Part shown: one piece after another, positions 39,792 through 54,413 of the stretch
How the letters are laid out: each line of letters starts with the position of its first letter
How positions within the stretch are numbered: position 1 is the first letter of the stretch
Origin: Eledone cirrhosa
Lineage: Eukaryota
Assembly (NCBI GenBank): GCA_964016885.1
Contig: OZ024747.1
Coordinates: forward strand, 64,604,001 to 64,668,000
Direction: 5' to 3'
Length of the DNA stretch: 64,000 nucleotides
The notes under the pieces: generated by a model
Seen by the model: only the letters and a program-made list of their open reading frames with translations
Database searches by the model: none
What the model was told of the DNA's origin: nothing
Program-made: the position numbers and the translations under genes

Positions 39792-42255
39792 TATTAGTAA
39801 GATACATAGAGAAAGGCTGATATGTTTAGAAAGATATATATATATAGAGAGAGAAGAGATGATGTGGCTAGAGAGATAATATAGTTAGAGGGATCCATTG
39901 TCAAAGGAGAAAAATCTGGTATGGCTAGAGAGATGCATATATAAAGAGAGAGGAGAGGTAGTATAGTGGGAGAGAGACATCGATAGAGAAGGAGAATGGG
40001 TGATATGATTAGAGAGAGGCATAGAGAAAGAATGAAATGAGGTGATATGATGTGATACACAAGTAGAAGTTGAAGAGACAATATGGGTTGAGAGATACAC
40101 AATTAGAAGGGGAAAAGGCAGGAAGCATTCAGAACAGTATATTGTTTTTATAAAAAGCAGTATTGGTTTGTCTCATCTAGTGAATGAGTCTTTATATTTG
40201 GAAAATAATTTGACAGCTTAACTATTGTTTACTTTAAAGTATTGGACATAAGATTTAATGGAGAAGCTAAAGAGAATCCTGGTAATGATTTTAGTGCAGA
40301 CGAAACTATGTGATGTACAGATTCAACTTGTATTATTAATTGTTTTGGACTGTTTTCCATCTGCGTACAAGGTCTTCATATTATTTTTAGTTTATTTCAA
40401 CGGAAACAGACAACTGGTAACTCGTCTTCTGGACAATTCAATTAATATTTGGAACCTTTGAACCATTATCAAAAGTTTTTTTTAATAAACTAAAAGCTAA
40501 ACCAAATTCGATGGTAGTAATAAATAATAGATAAAGATAATGGATAAGTGCAATTGGTGGAATCAAATTGGTGTGGTTTTCTATTTATTTAAAATTCACG
40601 TATTACATATTTATATTTACTGGTCAGAAATGTACTAAAATAGACTAAAATGTTTTGAATGATACATGTGAAATTTACGAAATTTACTTTTTGAAGCGTT
40701 GAAAATGAAACGAGAGCAAATTGTAAATCATGTGACTATAAATCCGTTAAACGGAAATGCAGAGAAATGATGAATCACCTTATGGACGATTGCTATTTAA
40801 AAAGAGTTAGCGTTCATAAAAGATCTGAAAATATACTGAAACCCAACACAAAATTGATAGCAGTTATAAATAATGAATACAACTAATGAATAACTAATGT
40901 TGAACATTAATATTTCACAAAGTAGTTTCTATTCTGTCAAGATATAAGTGACCTCTTAGTTACACCACACACTCAATATATAAATAAATCATTTGGAGAT
41001 AACTAAATATTGATTTTTCATGTTTACAGTGAGGCATTCATTCATTTATAGCAGTAGAGAATAGTTTGACCAATAAATGAAATCTATCTACACGTTGGGT
41101 TTAATTTATCGATTCCTGTAATACAAAGATCATAGGTAACAACGTAACGATTTGAATTTAGTAAACCCACTAACACCTAAACTCTCATATTTCTATGGTA
41201 GGTTAAGATGACGAAGGTATTCAACAGCAGTCAGCCAAGTTAAAGGTGTTATTATAATCTGTTTCATCTCTCCATCTTCTCAATTGAAATATGTCTTATA
41301 TCGTCTATAACGTTAATTCTAACAAGACTTATAACAGGCATATCACTAATACACGAGTATTGGTTGTATTGAATATATGCATGGATTGACAGCCTTGAAA
41401 ACTGAGTTTCGTCTCTTGCAATGAAACATTAATATTATAACTTAGAAGAGAAATATGTTCCGATAGAGAAGGAATTAAAAGAAACATCTTTGATGTGAGA
41501 ACAGAAATTTAGGATCTGCAATAACAACTCCTTCTGTGAACAACTCTTCCTGTGAAACTATCTAAGGAAAAATAGGTTTAGTTGAAAGTTGGCAGATTAA
41601 TGAAGAAAAAACAGAAGCATATATCATATCTGTTGAAATGAAACAAGTTTGCAAATACACAAATTGATAGAAGCTAGGCAAAGAAAATAAGTCTCGGGTG
41701 TATGGTTAAATAGATGAGGCTGTCAATATGCATGTGTGGTAATATAGTTTATATCTTGATGATATATAATAGTATTCTCACATAGAACAGAAGATATCGT
41801 AAGCAATTACTTGGAAATATATATTCATAACAGGGAAAAAAAAGGGATTGTTTCAAATATCATTTACGAAAAGTGACAGCCTTAAGATATGGAACTTATA
41901 TATATATTTCATCCCTATCCTTCCCTCCGTATGTCTATATCAAGTCTGTCTTCTTTCTACATTTATATTAACTCCAGCCTCTTCTGAATGCTAGGTAAGG
42001 TGGTGATTGACAGAAAAAAATAAACTGGGACTAATTCTAACGGTGATAGGTTTATTTATGTATATATTTCTTAATATATATATTTATTTATTTTATATCA
42101 CAATTTATGTACAATAGCGAAATATTTTTACTCAATTTAGAATAAATATGTCAAAGAAGTTCATAAATCAACATTTTTTACGGGAGTGTTCACGCTTATA
42201 TGTATTGTTGAATACCCAAAGACGCACCCGAGCCCGCCCCACAAAATCACACACA

Positions 42256-42307
<52 letters not shown>

Positions 42308-42722
42308 TATATATATATATATTTATTTATTTATATATATATCAAATTTAATATAGAAATGGCTTCTACAGAAATAGAACTGTTCGATTCAAAAAACCAT
42401 TATTAGAGTATCCAGTTGAGTTGATAAGATGATCCGTAGTGACTGCTATTTCTAGCGGCATTTTAGGCCTGTCTTTTTTTCCGTTTATACAAATATATAC
42501 TTGTTTATGGGATCACGTATGCGCGCGTTATTTAATTTGATCGGGGCATGCTTGACGGATGAGGAATAAAATTTCTCTCAACAAGTGTGTTTTCTTATAC
42601 TAGACAGAATTTTCTCTCCGAGGGATTTTGGTAAGGCCGCGTAAATTAAAGTTACTTGAGCTTGTATATATCCCTAGAGAACGATATTTTATCAACCCCT
42701 CAGTAATATGTATAGGACAATA

Positions 42723-42757
<35 letters not shown>

Positions 42758-42758
<1 letters not shown>

Positions 42759-44214
42759 ACGAAGGAAATGTGGTAAGGAACCAGGTGGACTATAACGCAC
42801 CAAACTACTCAATACTTTGGGTATTAGAGTGGGTAATAGGAACGAGTAGGACCCCGACGGCTCAGCTCAAGCTGTTTCGACGGCTAATTCTGGACTAAAT
42901 GAAAATTTTCATCCTGGTATATGAATAGCCGAGCTTCTCAGGGGGTAATTCCATATATGGTAAAAGTGATTGTCACAAGGATTGGTCAAAAGATTGTTGT
43001 TGAGACATAATAATTCTATCATGGCAATTTGTGGAGGGAAGGGGTAGCTGTACCTGCCAGTAGAAGAAAGAGGGAGAGGGGGTGGAGGAAACCCAGTCGT
43101 GCGTTGATAGTGCCAACTACAGCTGGGCAGGAGGTCAAAGAAGATACTAGGGAGGGGGAGGGGGAAGAAGTCGAAACAATAAGTAAAACAATATGGGGTA
43201 AATATATAGAAAAATACCGAGTGTTAAAAAACAATTAAATGTAAAAAAAAAAAAAACAATTTCTAAGGACAGCTATCAAGTCTCTCACTGGTACTGCTAG
43301 ACTAAAGAAAGGTTTACTAGTTGGGACGGAATTATAAAAAAACCCTTTTAAGAGGTATAAGTAAATAACCGAATATATCTTACGGTGACGGGTCAACAAG
43401 TGGGGGGGCCAAAATACTAAAAAACTACCACTAAATAATAATTCAGAGTCCCGAGACCAGTACGAAATAAAGGTTTCTACCCCAGGCACAAGGCCAGCAA
43501 CCACCCAGTGCAGAAAAAAAAAAAAAAAAAATTGTCTGCAGTGGGTGGTTGCTGGCCTTGTGCCTGGGGTAGAAACCTTTATTTCGTACTGGTCTCGGGA
43601 CTCTGAATTATTATTTAGTGGTAGTTTCTTTAGTATTTTGGCCCCCCACTTGTTGACCCGTCACCGTAAGATATATTCGGTTGTTTACTTATACCTCTTA
43701 AAAGGGTCTTTTTATAATTCCGTCCCACCTAGTATACCTTTCTTTAGTCTAGCAGTACCAGTGAGAGACTTGATAGCTGTCCTTAGGTTATAGTAACCAG
43801 AAATTTTTTTTTTTTTTACATTTAATTGTTTTTTAACACTCGGTATTTTTCTATATATTTACCCCATATTGTTTTACTTATTGTTTCGACTTCCTCCCCC
43901 TCCCCCTCCCTAGTATCTTCTTTGACCTCCTGCCCAGCTGTAGTTGGCACTATCAACGCACGACTGGGTTTCCTCCCCCCTCTCCCTCTTTTTTCTACTG
44001 GCAGGTACAGCCACCCCTTCCCTCCACAAATTGCCATGATAGAATTATTATGTCTCAACAACAAACTTTTGACCAATCCTTGTGACAATCACTTTTACCA
44101 TATATGGAATTACCCGTGAGAAGCTCGGCTATTCATATACCATGATAAAAATGTTCATTTAGTCCAGAATTAGCCGTCGAAACGGCATGAGCTCAGCCGT
44201 CGGGGTCCTACTCG

Positions 44215-44218
<4 letters not shown>
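42758..44218. mobile_element. Family B long non-coding fold-back (about 680-bp arms, A18 spacer)
   Basis: 42839-43513 inverted versus 43536-44218 with scattered differences; ~80-nt tail on left arm only; (TA)n and (GA)n flanks. Confidence 0.92.
42851..42946 (-). ncRNA. Atypical hammerhead-like fold (family B; mirror at about 44112-44206)
   Basis: Minus strand: acccc-CTGAGAA-g ct cggcta ttc...gaa t tagccg t c-GAAA-c(a/g)gc ttgagc tga gccGTC|ggggt; core has A at position 8. Confidence 0.5.
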
Positions 44219-44279
<61 letters not shown>

Positions 44280-44286
<7 letters not shown>

Positions 44287-44450
44287 TTCTACAGAACTAA
44301 ACTAACTGCTTCATTCGAAGGAAATCATCATTCATTCCTTCGAATGAAACAGTTCTAGTCCTGCAGAAGTCATTTCTATCTTAAATATTTATACTCTCCT
44401 ATGTATTGAGTACCTTACTTACTGTGGTTACCCCTGATTGAACTCGGGAT
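44280..44450. mobile_element. Family F short fold-back with hammerhead halves
   Basis: atggcttctacagaacta...ttcattcgaaggaa inverted versus ttccttcgaatgaa...tagtcctgcagaagtcat; right arm has extra tail. Confidence 0.75.
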
Positions 44451-44579
44451 ACACACACACACACACATATATGTATATATATATATACACACACAGGATG
44501 TCCCCCCAGCATGTATAAACAAAGGCTGTACAGACAATATATAAGAGCACACCCTTTTCGTATACATTTGTGGAACACC

Positions 44580-44731
<152 letters not shown>

Positions 44732-45310
44732 CACTTTCAGTAATTAAGAATGTTTTCTGTTTCTATTCTTCACATGAATTTCCAGGTGTCATATTATACA
44801 CATTCTGTTTTTGCTGCAATCATTGCAAATCTATTTATCGATATATTCACAATCATCATATATTGATAGATCGCGAACAATGATATCTCCTCGCTCCAAT
44901 TTTTAATATCATTTAAACTAATTTTGATTTCTTCTAAGACAAAATGCATGTATTATTTTATAAATCAAGCTAAAGTAATTTCCAGTCGACGTCGGAATTC
45001 ATCCATTGACTTGAAACGTCTGACCTTATTAGGTCTCGTTACTTCAAATCTTCAAATATATTTAAAGAGTCATTTCCTTCTTTTTCCTTTGTCTCAATAC
45101 TTCCATATTCCCCATTAAGTAGAAAAAACTTTTTTTTTATCTCATCATGTTTAATTATCAAATGTAAATGAAATCTTTTCCAGGCTATCTGGAGATTTAC
45201 CATTTCATTTGCTCCATGATAAACTCTATAAGACATTTCCAATGAAAATTTGTGATAGGTCAAAATATTGCACAAGTGATATAAATAGAATCATCTTCAT
45301 ATTATAATCT

Positions 45311-45496
45311 GTGGATTGGCAGTATCGGTAGAGAGTCAGACGCCATGCTTTGCAGCATAGAATTGCGTCCCTTTTCGGTCTGAGTTCAAATCCTGCCGAG
45401 GTTAACTTTGTCTTTCATCCATACGGGGTCGATAAAATAACGTACCAGTAATGCACTCGGATAATATCTGGCCTTGTGCCAAAAGTAGAAACAATA
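45311..45496 (+). mobile_element. tRNA-derived SINE (short tail)
   Basis: A box, B box, core, tail. Confidence 0.9.
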
Positions 45497-47429
45497 TTAT
45501 AATCTATATCCCAAACCATAAAATTTACGTATTTCAAGAACTTCTGTATTGTATCGCTCTTATAAGTACTTCCGGTTCTAGTGGGCTAATATTCAATTCC
45601 ACCTGACAAACAAAGAATGTAAATTATCTCCTGGATATCCAGTATATCGCAGGTAAATATATGAGATATTTCGTCCACTATTTGAATCTTATATATTGGC
45701 GACGTGTCATACTTCAAAATACGATGAAAAACCGGTATTGGATTACTTCAACTAATTATCCAGGAGCTTACTCTCCATTATCATATTATCTCAAACAGAT
45801 TCCATGATTATATAATCTGTAAATATTTAATACTCTGTAACTGCTATTAAACATCAGAAGGAGTATAACTTCTAGTGTAATGAATCAATGGTAGTAAAGA
45901 CACTTAAGTTTCAACCAATCCGTCCAACGTATATAGCATATGTGAGGTGCAGTTGAGAGCTGCGGATTTCGTATTGTTTTGACAAGACACAGCATTATAT
46001 TGTGTTCTGATGCTGTGAACTAACGGAAATTATGTAACGTCAACAGGGAATTTGTTGCTGTGTTGTAGTCTTCGCTTTCTAGGCGATTCTTACTCCACGA
46101 CTACTATTACTTACACTTATTAAATTGAACACGCGTGAATTAGACAATTAAAATCATGCTATAGGTATAGATTGTACTAGGAAGTGTTTTTGAAAGCTGA
46201 ACTGTTATGAGTAAACATGGTAAAATTAAAGTTAACAGATGGTGCTTCTTAAATACCCAGTGCTTTGATTTCTACCTTCAGGCATCATCAATATCACCAT
46301 TCCGCAAATATAATTACGAATACATATGTAGGATTTTATGATGTAACCGAACAGAAGTCTATCAAATTGAAAATGGAAAAATAAAGTGTCGCCAGGAGCT
46401 TATGAATCTACTACGATAAAAATATTCTCAACTGAAATAATTGCTTTTTTGCGAAGATAGAAAATGCGATCGAAAAATTGCAAATTAGGTTATATAACAT
46501 GGAAATAAAGACTTTTTTGTTCTAGAAGTTACTTGGTTAATTTAAATTTATTACGAAATTAAATCAGCTATATTTATCGAAATATAATTCAGATTCAAAA
46601 CAGCATCACAAAGTTTAGAGTATTCAAATATGGATGTGCGCTGTTGATCAATTTCTCTCCATGAATATATGATGGTATAAAAGTAAAACACGAATATATT
46701 GTACGACTGCCAAGCTCTCTCTTTATATAAAAGAGAGTAACATTTCTTTTTTACGCATGAATACGATTGAGTATATCAAAAATATTAAACCCCGCAAATG
46801 TAATGATGTATCTGGAAATGGCTAAGGAATATAGATTCTACAACGGCTCTCCATTTTATTAAATCTATATCAAGGTAACTACTAACATTTCCGCAGCTCT
46901 CTTTATCCTGATTGTGGTACAGTTCTACGACATTGTCAATAAGTATAACTGAGTTATTTCATCTGAAGAACACTGTCCTTTAGACATACCATCGAATCCG
47001 AAAGTGTCAACAAACTACAATTTTATTAGGAACGTGAAGGAACATAAATAGATACATTAAAGTGTGTAATCTGACAGTCGGAGCATATAGTCAGAAAATT
47101 ACCAATTGATTTGATGTGGTTTCACAATACGTGTAAGCTACTTCACATTATTTATTGCCTCATATTTAATTCTCAATCCAGCAATCTCATTTGGATAGAG
47201 ATAAATTCCTAAAACGGACGAAGTATTTTTTTCAAATCTGAGGGATAATGTTAACTATTAGTATTTGGATCGATAACCTAATAGGAACTTACTATAATTC
47301 AATCTTCCCAGAAACATCATTGGTTATCCTTGCCTTTAGTCGTAATATGCACTTGTTTTATTGGAATACCTTCATGAATTTATATAGATGTGTTGACAGG
47401 TGAATCTGGAACAATATTTGCTCTGAATT

Positions 47430-47720
47430 GAGAGATCACATTTTCGATACTATAGACATGTTGTCAGAATATCTCAGAAAACAATCGCTGGACAGATCTT
47501 CCGAGCAAAACCAACCGGCAATAGACCCATGGATAGAAACTGAGCAAGATAATTGGATAACATCCATGAGCTCGGCATCATTTTGACACAGTTGCTTCTG
47601 ATAGGAAACAATGAAGGCGCGTTCGAGGACTCTGCCACCACGATCCTCCCAGGAACAGGTGATCGAAGAATGAGAAGAAGAAAGAAGAAGAGGAAAGAAA
47701 AAAGAATGAGAAGAAGAAGT
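47430..47720 (+). pseudogene. Heavily decayed LINE (RTE-like) 3' end with (AAG)n tail
   Basis: Coding-like composition ending in agaagaagaaagaagaag; no intact frame. Confidence 0.4.
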
Positions 47721-48286
47721 TCCCATTATTCTGCCAATTGTCAATCTTTAGGAATATATCTTATAACAATGTCTGAAAGAGTGCACTAATATCATGTAGT
47801 CGATTAATTCAATCAAGTATTTTACAGGTACATAAATAACTGTCATCAATCAAGAATACAAGAACATATAACGACAATCAAATCCGATGGAATTGACAGT
47901 TTTTGACATAACAATGTAATGCATTAATAGTTTTAAACATGATAATATAAAATATTTAATTGTATGTGAAGATTTTACACTGCTATCTAACGTTATATAT
48001 ATTTCTATATCTCTTCCATAAGCTCGACAGCCTGAATCATCATATCATGCTGTTATATCTAAATATTACATGCATATGTTTATAAATTCTAGAAGTAAAC
48101 ACATTCAACATTCGACCTTCATATTTAATATATATATAGCAGTTTATGAATAATGTCATTTTAGCTACATATATGAATAGAATTTAATGAACATTCCCGT
48201 TGTCACGTTATATATATTTAAATCTATCTTCAAATAAATGTTTGACTACAATATAACATCAGTGTTAATGTATAGAATCAATATAT

Positions 48287-48470
48287 AATTGTTTCTACTT
48301 TTGGCACAAGGCCAGCAATTATCCCAGTGTATTACTGGTACTTTATTTTATCGACCCCATAATGATGAAAGGCAAAGTTAACCTCGGCAGGATTTGAACT
48401 CACACCATAAAGGGCCGTAACTCGTTGCTGCAAAGCATGGTGTCCGACCCTCTACCGATACTGCCAATCA
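48287..48470 (-). mobile_element. tRNA-derived SINE (short tail)
   Basis: Reverse complement of SINE. Confidence 0.9.
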
Positions 48471-49031
48471 ATATATAATGTCATATAAACATTGATAAGA
48501 TGGCGGGGCAAATGTGAGACAGAGAGAGAAAGAGTAAAGCAGTGACTGTATTATATATCCCATTTAGACGAAAACATGTATCTTGTACATTCAGTTCTTG
48601 TGTTGTTTATTCCATAGTGACTAGTAACTTATACGCTACCAATGCAGCTATAGGTTATATAACACCTATAGTTGTTACATAACATTTAACGGGAGGTTGA
48701 AGAGGTGAGCATTATTTACCCGTATTTTGAGCGTGTGTTTCTGAGGAAACGAGTTCAGTTGGAAAGATCAGGATGTGAGTTTAGTGAAAGGGAAGTAGGA
48801 TTGTGGTTGTCAGAATTAAAATCTCAGAGAACGGAAAGGGAAAATAAGAAGGGAATTTGAGAAAAGAGGTAAGGCGAGAGATGGAATGAGATGGGGATAG
48901 AATGAGCAAGCAGCAGATTGAAAAGTAAAAATCTATTTTGGATCGAACATTGCGTGCATTTTCGTTCAAACTTATATCAAATTTAGTTCAAGAAAAATAT
49001 AACACAGAGAATGAGTATTATCATATTTTAA

Positions 49032-49079
<48 letters not shown>

Positions 49080-49082
<3 letters not shown>

Positions 49083-49138
49083 AACCAGTAAGACCCCGAC
49101 AGCTAGGCTCAAGCCGTTTCGACGGCTAATTCTGGACC
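49080..49138. mobile_element. Family B fragment in (TA)n
   Basis: ggaac.agta.gaccccgac.gct.gctcaagccgtttcgacggctaattctggac. Confidence 0.8.
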
Positions 49139-49220
49139 TATATAAAAATATATATATATATATATATACGTAGGCGTACACGCACACACACATTTGTGCC
49201 TAAATCAGAAATCATTACAA

Positions 49221-49257
<37 letters not shown>

Positions 49258-49803
49258 TCGTTTCTGAATTTGTTTAGCAAGATTCTTTATCTGAAAACGT
49301 GTGTTGAAACCGATATTGTTATACTTTGGGAGGGTCATGTTGCCAATAAGAAACACACGCACCAGTTGCTGCACTGCAATTTATTATAAATTAAATTATA
49401 AATTTAAAAAATTTATAAATTTTCGGTTGGTTGGTTGGTTCCACAACCGGGCGGTTGTTCATATATTGTCAAAGTTCTTTCATCACACATTCTGTGATCT
49501 CTTCATTGACTGGGGATTCTTTTCTTTGTTTTGTGCCTCTCCTTTGTTCTCTCCTACGCCATCTTGTTTTTCAGAACAAAGGAGAGTCACAAAACAAAGA
49601 AAAGAATCTCCAGTCACTGAAGTGGTCACAGAATGCGTGACGAAAGAACTTTGACAATATATGAACAACCGTTCGGTTGTTGAACCAACCAACCAACCGG
49701 AAATTTATAAATTTTTTAAATTTATAATTTAATTTATAATAAATTGGAGTGAAAGTAGCTGATGCGTGTGTTTCTTATTGGCAACATGACCCTCCCGAAG
49801 TAT

Positions 49804-49811
<8 letters not shown>
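49258..49811. mobile_element. Older family A subfamily fold-back with decayed hammerheads
   Basis: Same termini as 2751-3326; arms diverged; cores CTGAAGT (+, 49613-49655) and ATGAAGA (-). Confidence 0.9.
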
Positions 49812-49842
<31 letters not shown>

Positions 49843-49861
49843 TTACTTATAATGATTTTTG

Positions 49862-50047
49862 ATTTAAAGGGAAGGGGAAAAATCAATTAAATTGAGCCTA
49901 GTGTGTTACTGGTATTTTATTTTATCGACCCAGTAAGGAAGAATAGCAAAGCTAACCTCAGGTGGAATTTGAACTCAGATAAAGGGCCGTAACTATGCTG
50001 CAAAGCAGGATGCCCGATGTTCTATCGATTCTGCCAATCCACCGCCC
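49862..50047 (-). mobile_element. tRNA-derived SINE, diverged
   Basis: Reverse complement of SINE. Confidence 0.82.
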
Positions 50048-50930
50048 TTTTATAATGATGTTGTATCTCTATAGTAAAAGCCGAATTGCTGAAACCAGCA
50101 AAGAGGTAAGAGAGTAAATATGTATGAATAATCGTAAATATAAACATTAGTGGCTCTCCAAAAACAGGTGTGGTTTGACACCACGCGACATTTGAACTCC
50201 GCCTTTATATTTAAACTTTACCAATCAATAATGCGGGTTCAAATATTCAATAATTTAAGTACTGTAATCAGGGATTAGAAAAACGATAATAAAGTCACTA
50301 AAATCAATCAATGTTTTGTTTCCTTCGTGTTGTGATTTAGTAACTTTCTCAAAACGATCGATTGATGTGTACAGTACAGAACTTTGTGAACGATTTATGA
50401 TAATCAAAAAGTCTGAAGAGATATTAGATAAAGTTTTTCGAGTTGGTATTATTACAGTTATTGAGCAATAAAAGTCGTTTAACATATTTCACTGTGTAAT
50501 GGGACCAATTTTGTAGTTACACTAAAATCAACTAATTAGATAACGCATGAATGACCACAGGCTTCCATAGTATTTATAAAGTGTTATGCTACAATATTTT
50601 ATCACTCATTTCTGAAAGCAAAGAACATCTAGAGAAGTTAATCAATGACTGTAGAGGAAAGCTATATCAATGATTTATCACCGAATAGTTTCACTAAAGC
50701 ACAATTGAGCAAAGCCTAAAATCTGCAGCAATGTATCTTATCGACTTTCGATAGGGTGAAAGATTAAACATATCTACACCAATAATATACCACAGATTTA
50801 TTGAAGGAACTGAAGTAAAGCATAATATCGATTGATTCAGGCCAAAAACAAAACTAACTTTTGAAAGGAAATGGATGTGCATGTGTGGTGTGTGTGGGAT
50901 GGCGAGCGTATGTATTTTAATTCACCATTT

Positions 50931-50931
<1 letters not shown>

Positions 50932-50961
<30 letters not shown>

Positions 50962-51038
50962 AAGAAGAAGAAGAAGAAGAAGAAGAAGAAGAAGAAGAAG
51001 AAGAAGAAGAAGAAGAAGAAGAAGAAGAAGAAGAAGAA
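50932..51038. repeat. (AAG)n
   Basis: Directly visible. Confidence 0.98.
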
Positions 51039-51317
51039 TTTTGTTTTACCTCACAATGGATGTCGATTGAACGTAATGGAGCCCTGGTGCACTGATGTAC
51101 TTATCAGCCTCGTATATCGACGGTTATGAAACATCCCCATTAATGTGGGATCTTTATTAGACATGGGAAATGTGACTATTATGGGAAAATGATGGCAACA
51201 TGAAGGAAAGAAGGAGAAAATAAATACATATACACCCGATAAAAGGCAAGCTAGCTTTAGTTCCATCAATCACGGGAATGTTGTCATAATTTCCAGATGT
51301 ATTTAGCAGGGAATGTG

Positions 51318-51600
51318 AGGTAGCATGGCGTAGTTTTTAGAGTTTACTGTGTCATAAGCTCGTGAATTCAATTCCCGGATGCATTGTGTCCTTGACTAAG
51401 ATATTTCATTTTATGTTGCTCCAGTAAACTCAGCTGGAAGAAATAAGTAATACACACACCGTATCAAATTGAATATACTTCAAAACTACGTTAATGATAC
51501 ACGTGTCTATGGAATGTCCAGCAATTTACATGCAAATGTCGCAAGTAAGCTGTTCTGTTGATCCAACAACTCTAACATAGGCCGTCAGAACTGGCGGAGG
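51318..51600 (+). mobile_element. Third tRNA-derived SINE family, decayed
   Basis: A box tggcgtagt, B-box-like aattcaattccc, then gtgtccttga.aag...tgttgctccagt..actcagctg. Confidence 0.6.
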
Positions 51601-52277
51601 ACCAACAAAGCCTGGCAGACTCGTGTTTATTTAATTAAACCTATTCCTCAACTAATTATTACAAGCTTTTGCTAATGTGAAAGATAAGACAATATCCAAC
51701 TCCATGAAAATGTATTTAAAGTGAGAAATTATGTGCATTACGTAATCTCTTGATTTCTATAAATAAAAAGTATTTATTAAGCTACGCGTTTCGAACAGTT
51801 CCCAAGAATATTTAATCATGCAATATAGCTTGAGTTTCAATCCATTTATTCTTGTTTTTATTAAATATTCATTTAAAGCCTCTTTATGTTCTGAATTCAG
51901 GTGATTAGTATTTCTATGAAAAAACTTTCCCTTCCTAAATAATTATTTTTCTGTCATCATTCTTGCTATCCAGTCTTTTTTGTAATAGTTTTTTTTTTTA
52001 TGAAGTGCGAAATTGAGAAGATTCAATTATGTCATCTTCAATGTCACGTGTGCTTCCCTATATTCTTTTATTCCAGAGAATATGTTTATTTTGTTAATTT
52101 CATTCTTTTATGTTTTTCTGTAGATAATTTAACAGCATGAGCTCCGTGAAATGACATCCGCCAATGTCATCGTGGTCGTTGATCTCTTCCAGTCACACAT
52201 TCTTCATAAATATATAAGTAAACCAATTAAATTTCACTGACCTTAAAGAGAAGCGCCTCCAAGAGAAATGAGATATA

Positions 52278-52845
52278 CTATTGTAGAATGAAAAGTTATT
52301 GTGATGTTGTAGAATAAAATGTCGTTGTGACGAGGTAGAATAAAACCTTATTGTGGCGTGGAAGAATAAAAACTTATTGTGGCGTGGAAGAATAAAAAAA
52401 TTGTGACGTGGTAGAATACAACGTCGTTGTGACGTGGTAGAATAAAACGTCGTTGTGAAGCGGTAGAATACAACGTCGTTGTGAAGCGGTAGAATACAAC
52501 GTCGTTGTGACGTGGTAGTATAAAACCTTATTGTGGCGTGGAAGAATAAAAATGTTATGAGGTGGTAGGATAAAAATAGTTGTGACGTGGTAGAATAAAA
52601 CGTTGTTGTGAGGTGGTAGAATAAAACGTTGTTGTGAGGTGGTAAAATAAAAGTTGTGACGTGGTAGAAAAAGAAATGCTGTGACGTGGTAGAATTAAAA
52701 AAAAAGTTTTGACGTGGTAGAATAAAAAAAAACGTTTTGCCGTTGTGAGGCGGTAGAATAAAAAAGTTGTGTCGTGGTAGAAGAAAAGCGTTATGATGTG
52801 GCAGAATAAAACGGTTATTATGACGTGGTAGAATAAATCGTTATG
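52278..52845. repeat. ~25-27-bp minisatellite (gttgtgacgtggtagaataaaacgtc), about 22 units
   Basis: Directly visible; no unique spacers. Confidence 0.92.
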
Positions 52846-53971
52846 GTAAGTAACTACCTCTAGTTATATCCAATAACTACTCATAACAATGTTCTAAATT
52901 TGCTCCTGCAACCTGCAGAAAGAGCCTTTATAAGGACTACAGAACTTCAAGAAATATCAGCCAATTCTTTCTCGAATTTCTCTCAGACGTCGTGAAAATT
53001 GATAAACCTAGTACTATAGAACATTAAATTGACGGGTAGGCCCTGGATGGTACCGCTAATTATACTGCTTCACCATCAGATTTGATCTAGGGCCAAGCAG
53101 AAGTAATAACATTTATAATGCTGGCGTTCATGTTCTCCGGATAAATTAGATATTTATAACTAAGCCTTCTTCTTTGGCATTGATATACATGATATTCACA
53201 ATACTACAAAATCCTATTGGACGCATATTTATCAATGTAAACCTCATTTCCGTAATGACATTTTATTGGCTTAGACTCTGTGCTAGGAGTTTTCTAATTG
53301 GTTTCTCAACATTATATGCAATACCTCGTTAATTTCCCGTAGTCTCCACTGTAAATGTTTATATATAATAGAATTGTTATGATAAAGTGGACGTGTTATT
53401 AATATGTTCACATACAAATATATGATGTGTAATTAAGGGACTTGTTTCCCTTTTCATCAGATCATGGTAATATTCTGTAGTTCTGAATGATATTAAAGAC
53501 TTGTTTTATTATAGAATTTATGAGAATATGTAACTAAACACGAAGAAACGTTCTTCTAATGAAACACACCAATTGAACCACGCTTTAAATAAGGGTGTAC
53601 ATGTTGACATATTGAGTGTGAAACAAGGGCCTCTCTAAAACTAGGCGTCGATGTATTAGACAGAGATAAAATGTAAATCCTTTCCGCTGATAATCTATCA
53701 ACCTTCAATATCGGTCGAGTCGAGTTGGTGTTGCCACTACCACTCAGTATATCTCACTGAGGCAATGGCTGGATTGTAGTAATAAGTATAGCCTATGTAG
53801 TGATTTGTTAAAGGCGTACAATGTTTTAATATTATATATATACAATGTTTTAATATTATATATAATTGTTTCTTCTTTAGGCAGGAGGCCAGCAATTACC
53901 CAGTGCATATTATATATATTATATATATGTCGAAACGGCCGCAGTTCAGCCGTCAGGGTCCTGACACTTTT

Positions 53972-54012
<41 letters not shown>

Positions 54013-54413
54013 TATTATAGTACTATATAAGGTTATAGTATAATAGTTAATTATTTTCATTGGTAAGATGAATTAAGCTCAAAGCACTTTTTTACCCTTC
54101 GTTCTTCAGAAGCGAACTGGATGAATATAATAAGAATCCTAATCCTTGGTCTTAGTGAATTTTAAATTGTATAATATTATATATATATGTAGCTCTTCCT
54201 AAACCCTTGGTCGTATTATATATATGCGCGTGTGTGTGTTTAGTTACTAGTTAGAACATTCCTCGAGTAGTCATATCTAAATCCAACACAAGTGGAGCTT
54301 AACTTATGCTTAAAGGTGATTATACATCTAAAATAGAAATATTAGTTAAGTATCTTGAGATTGAGCTGTATATTAGGTCGACGTCTACGCCCCAATAATT
54401 TATTTGATAAATA

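Noticed and set aside
51776-51815. Hammerhead candidate (minus: GAAACGCGTA)
   Set aside because: No CTGAnGA core or stem I pairing
52278-52845. CRISPR-like periodic repeat
   Set aside because: Contiguous degenerate units without unique spacers, no cas genes, eukaryotic context
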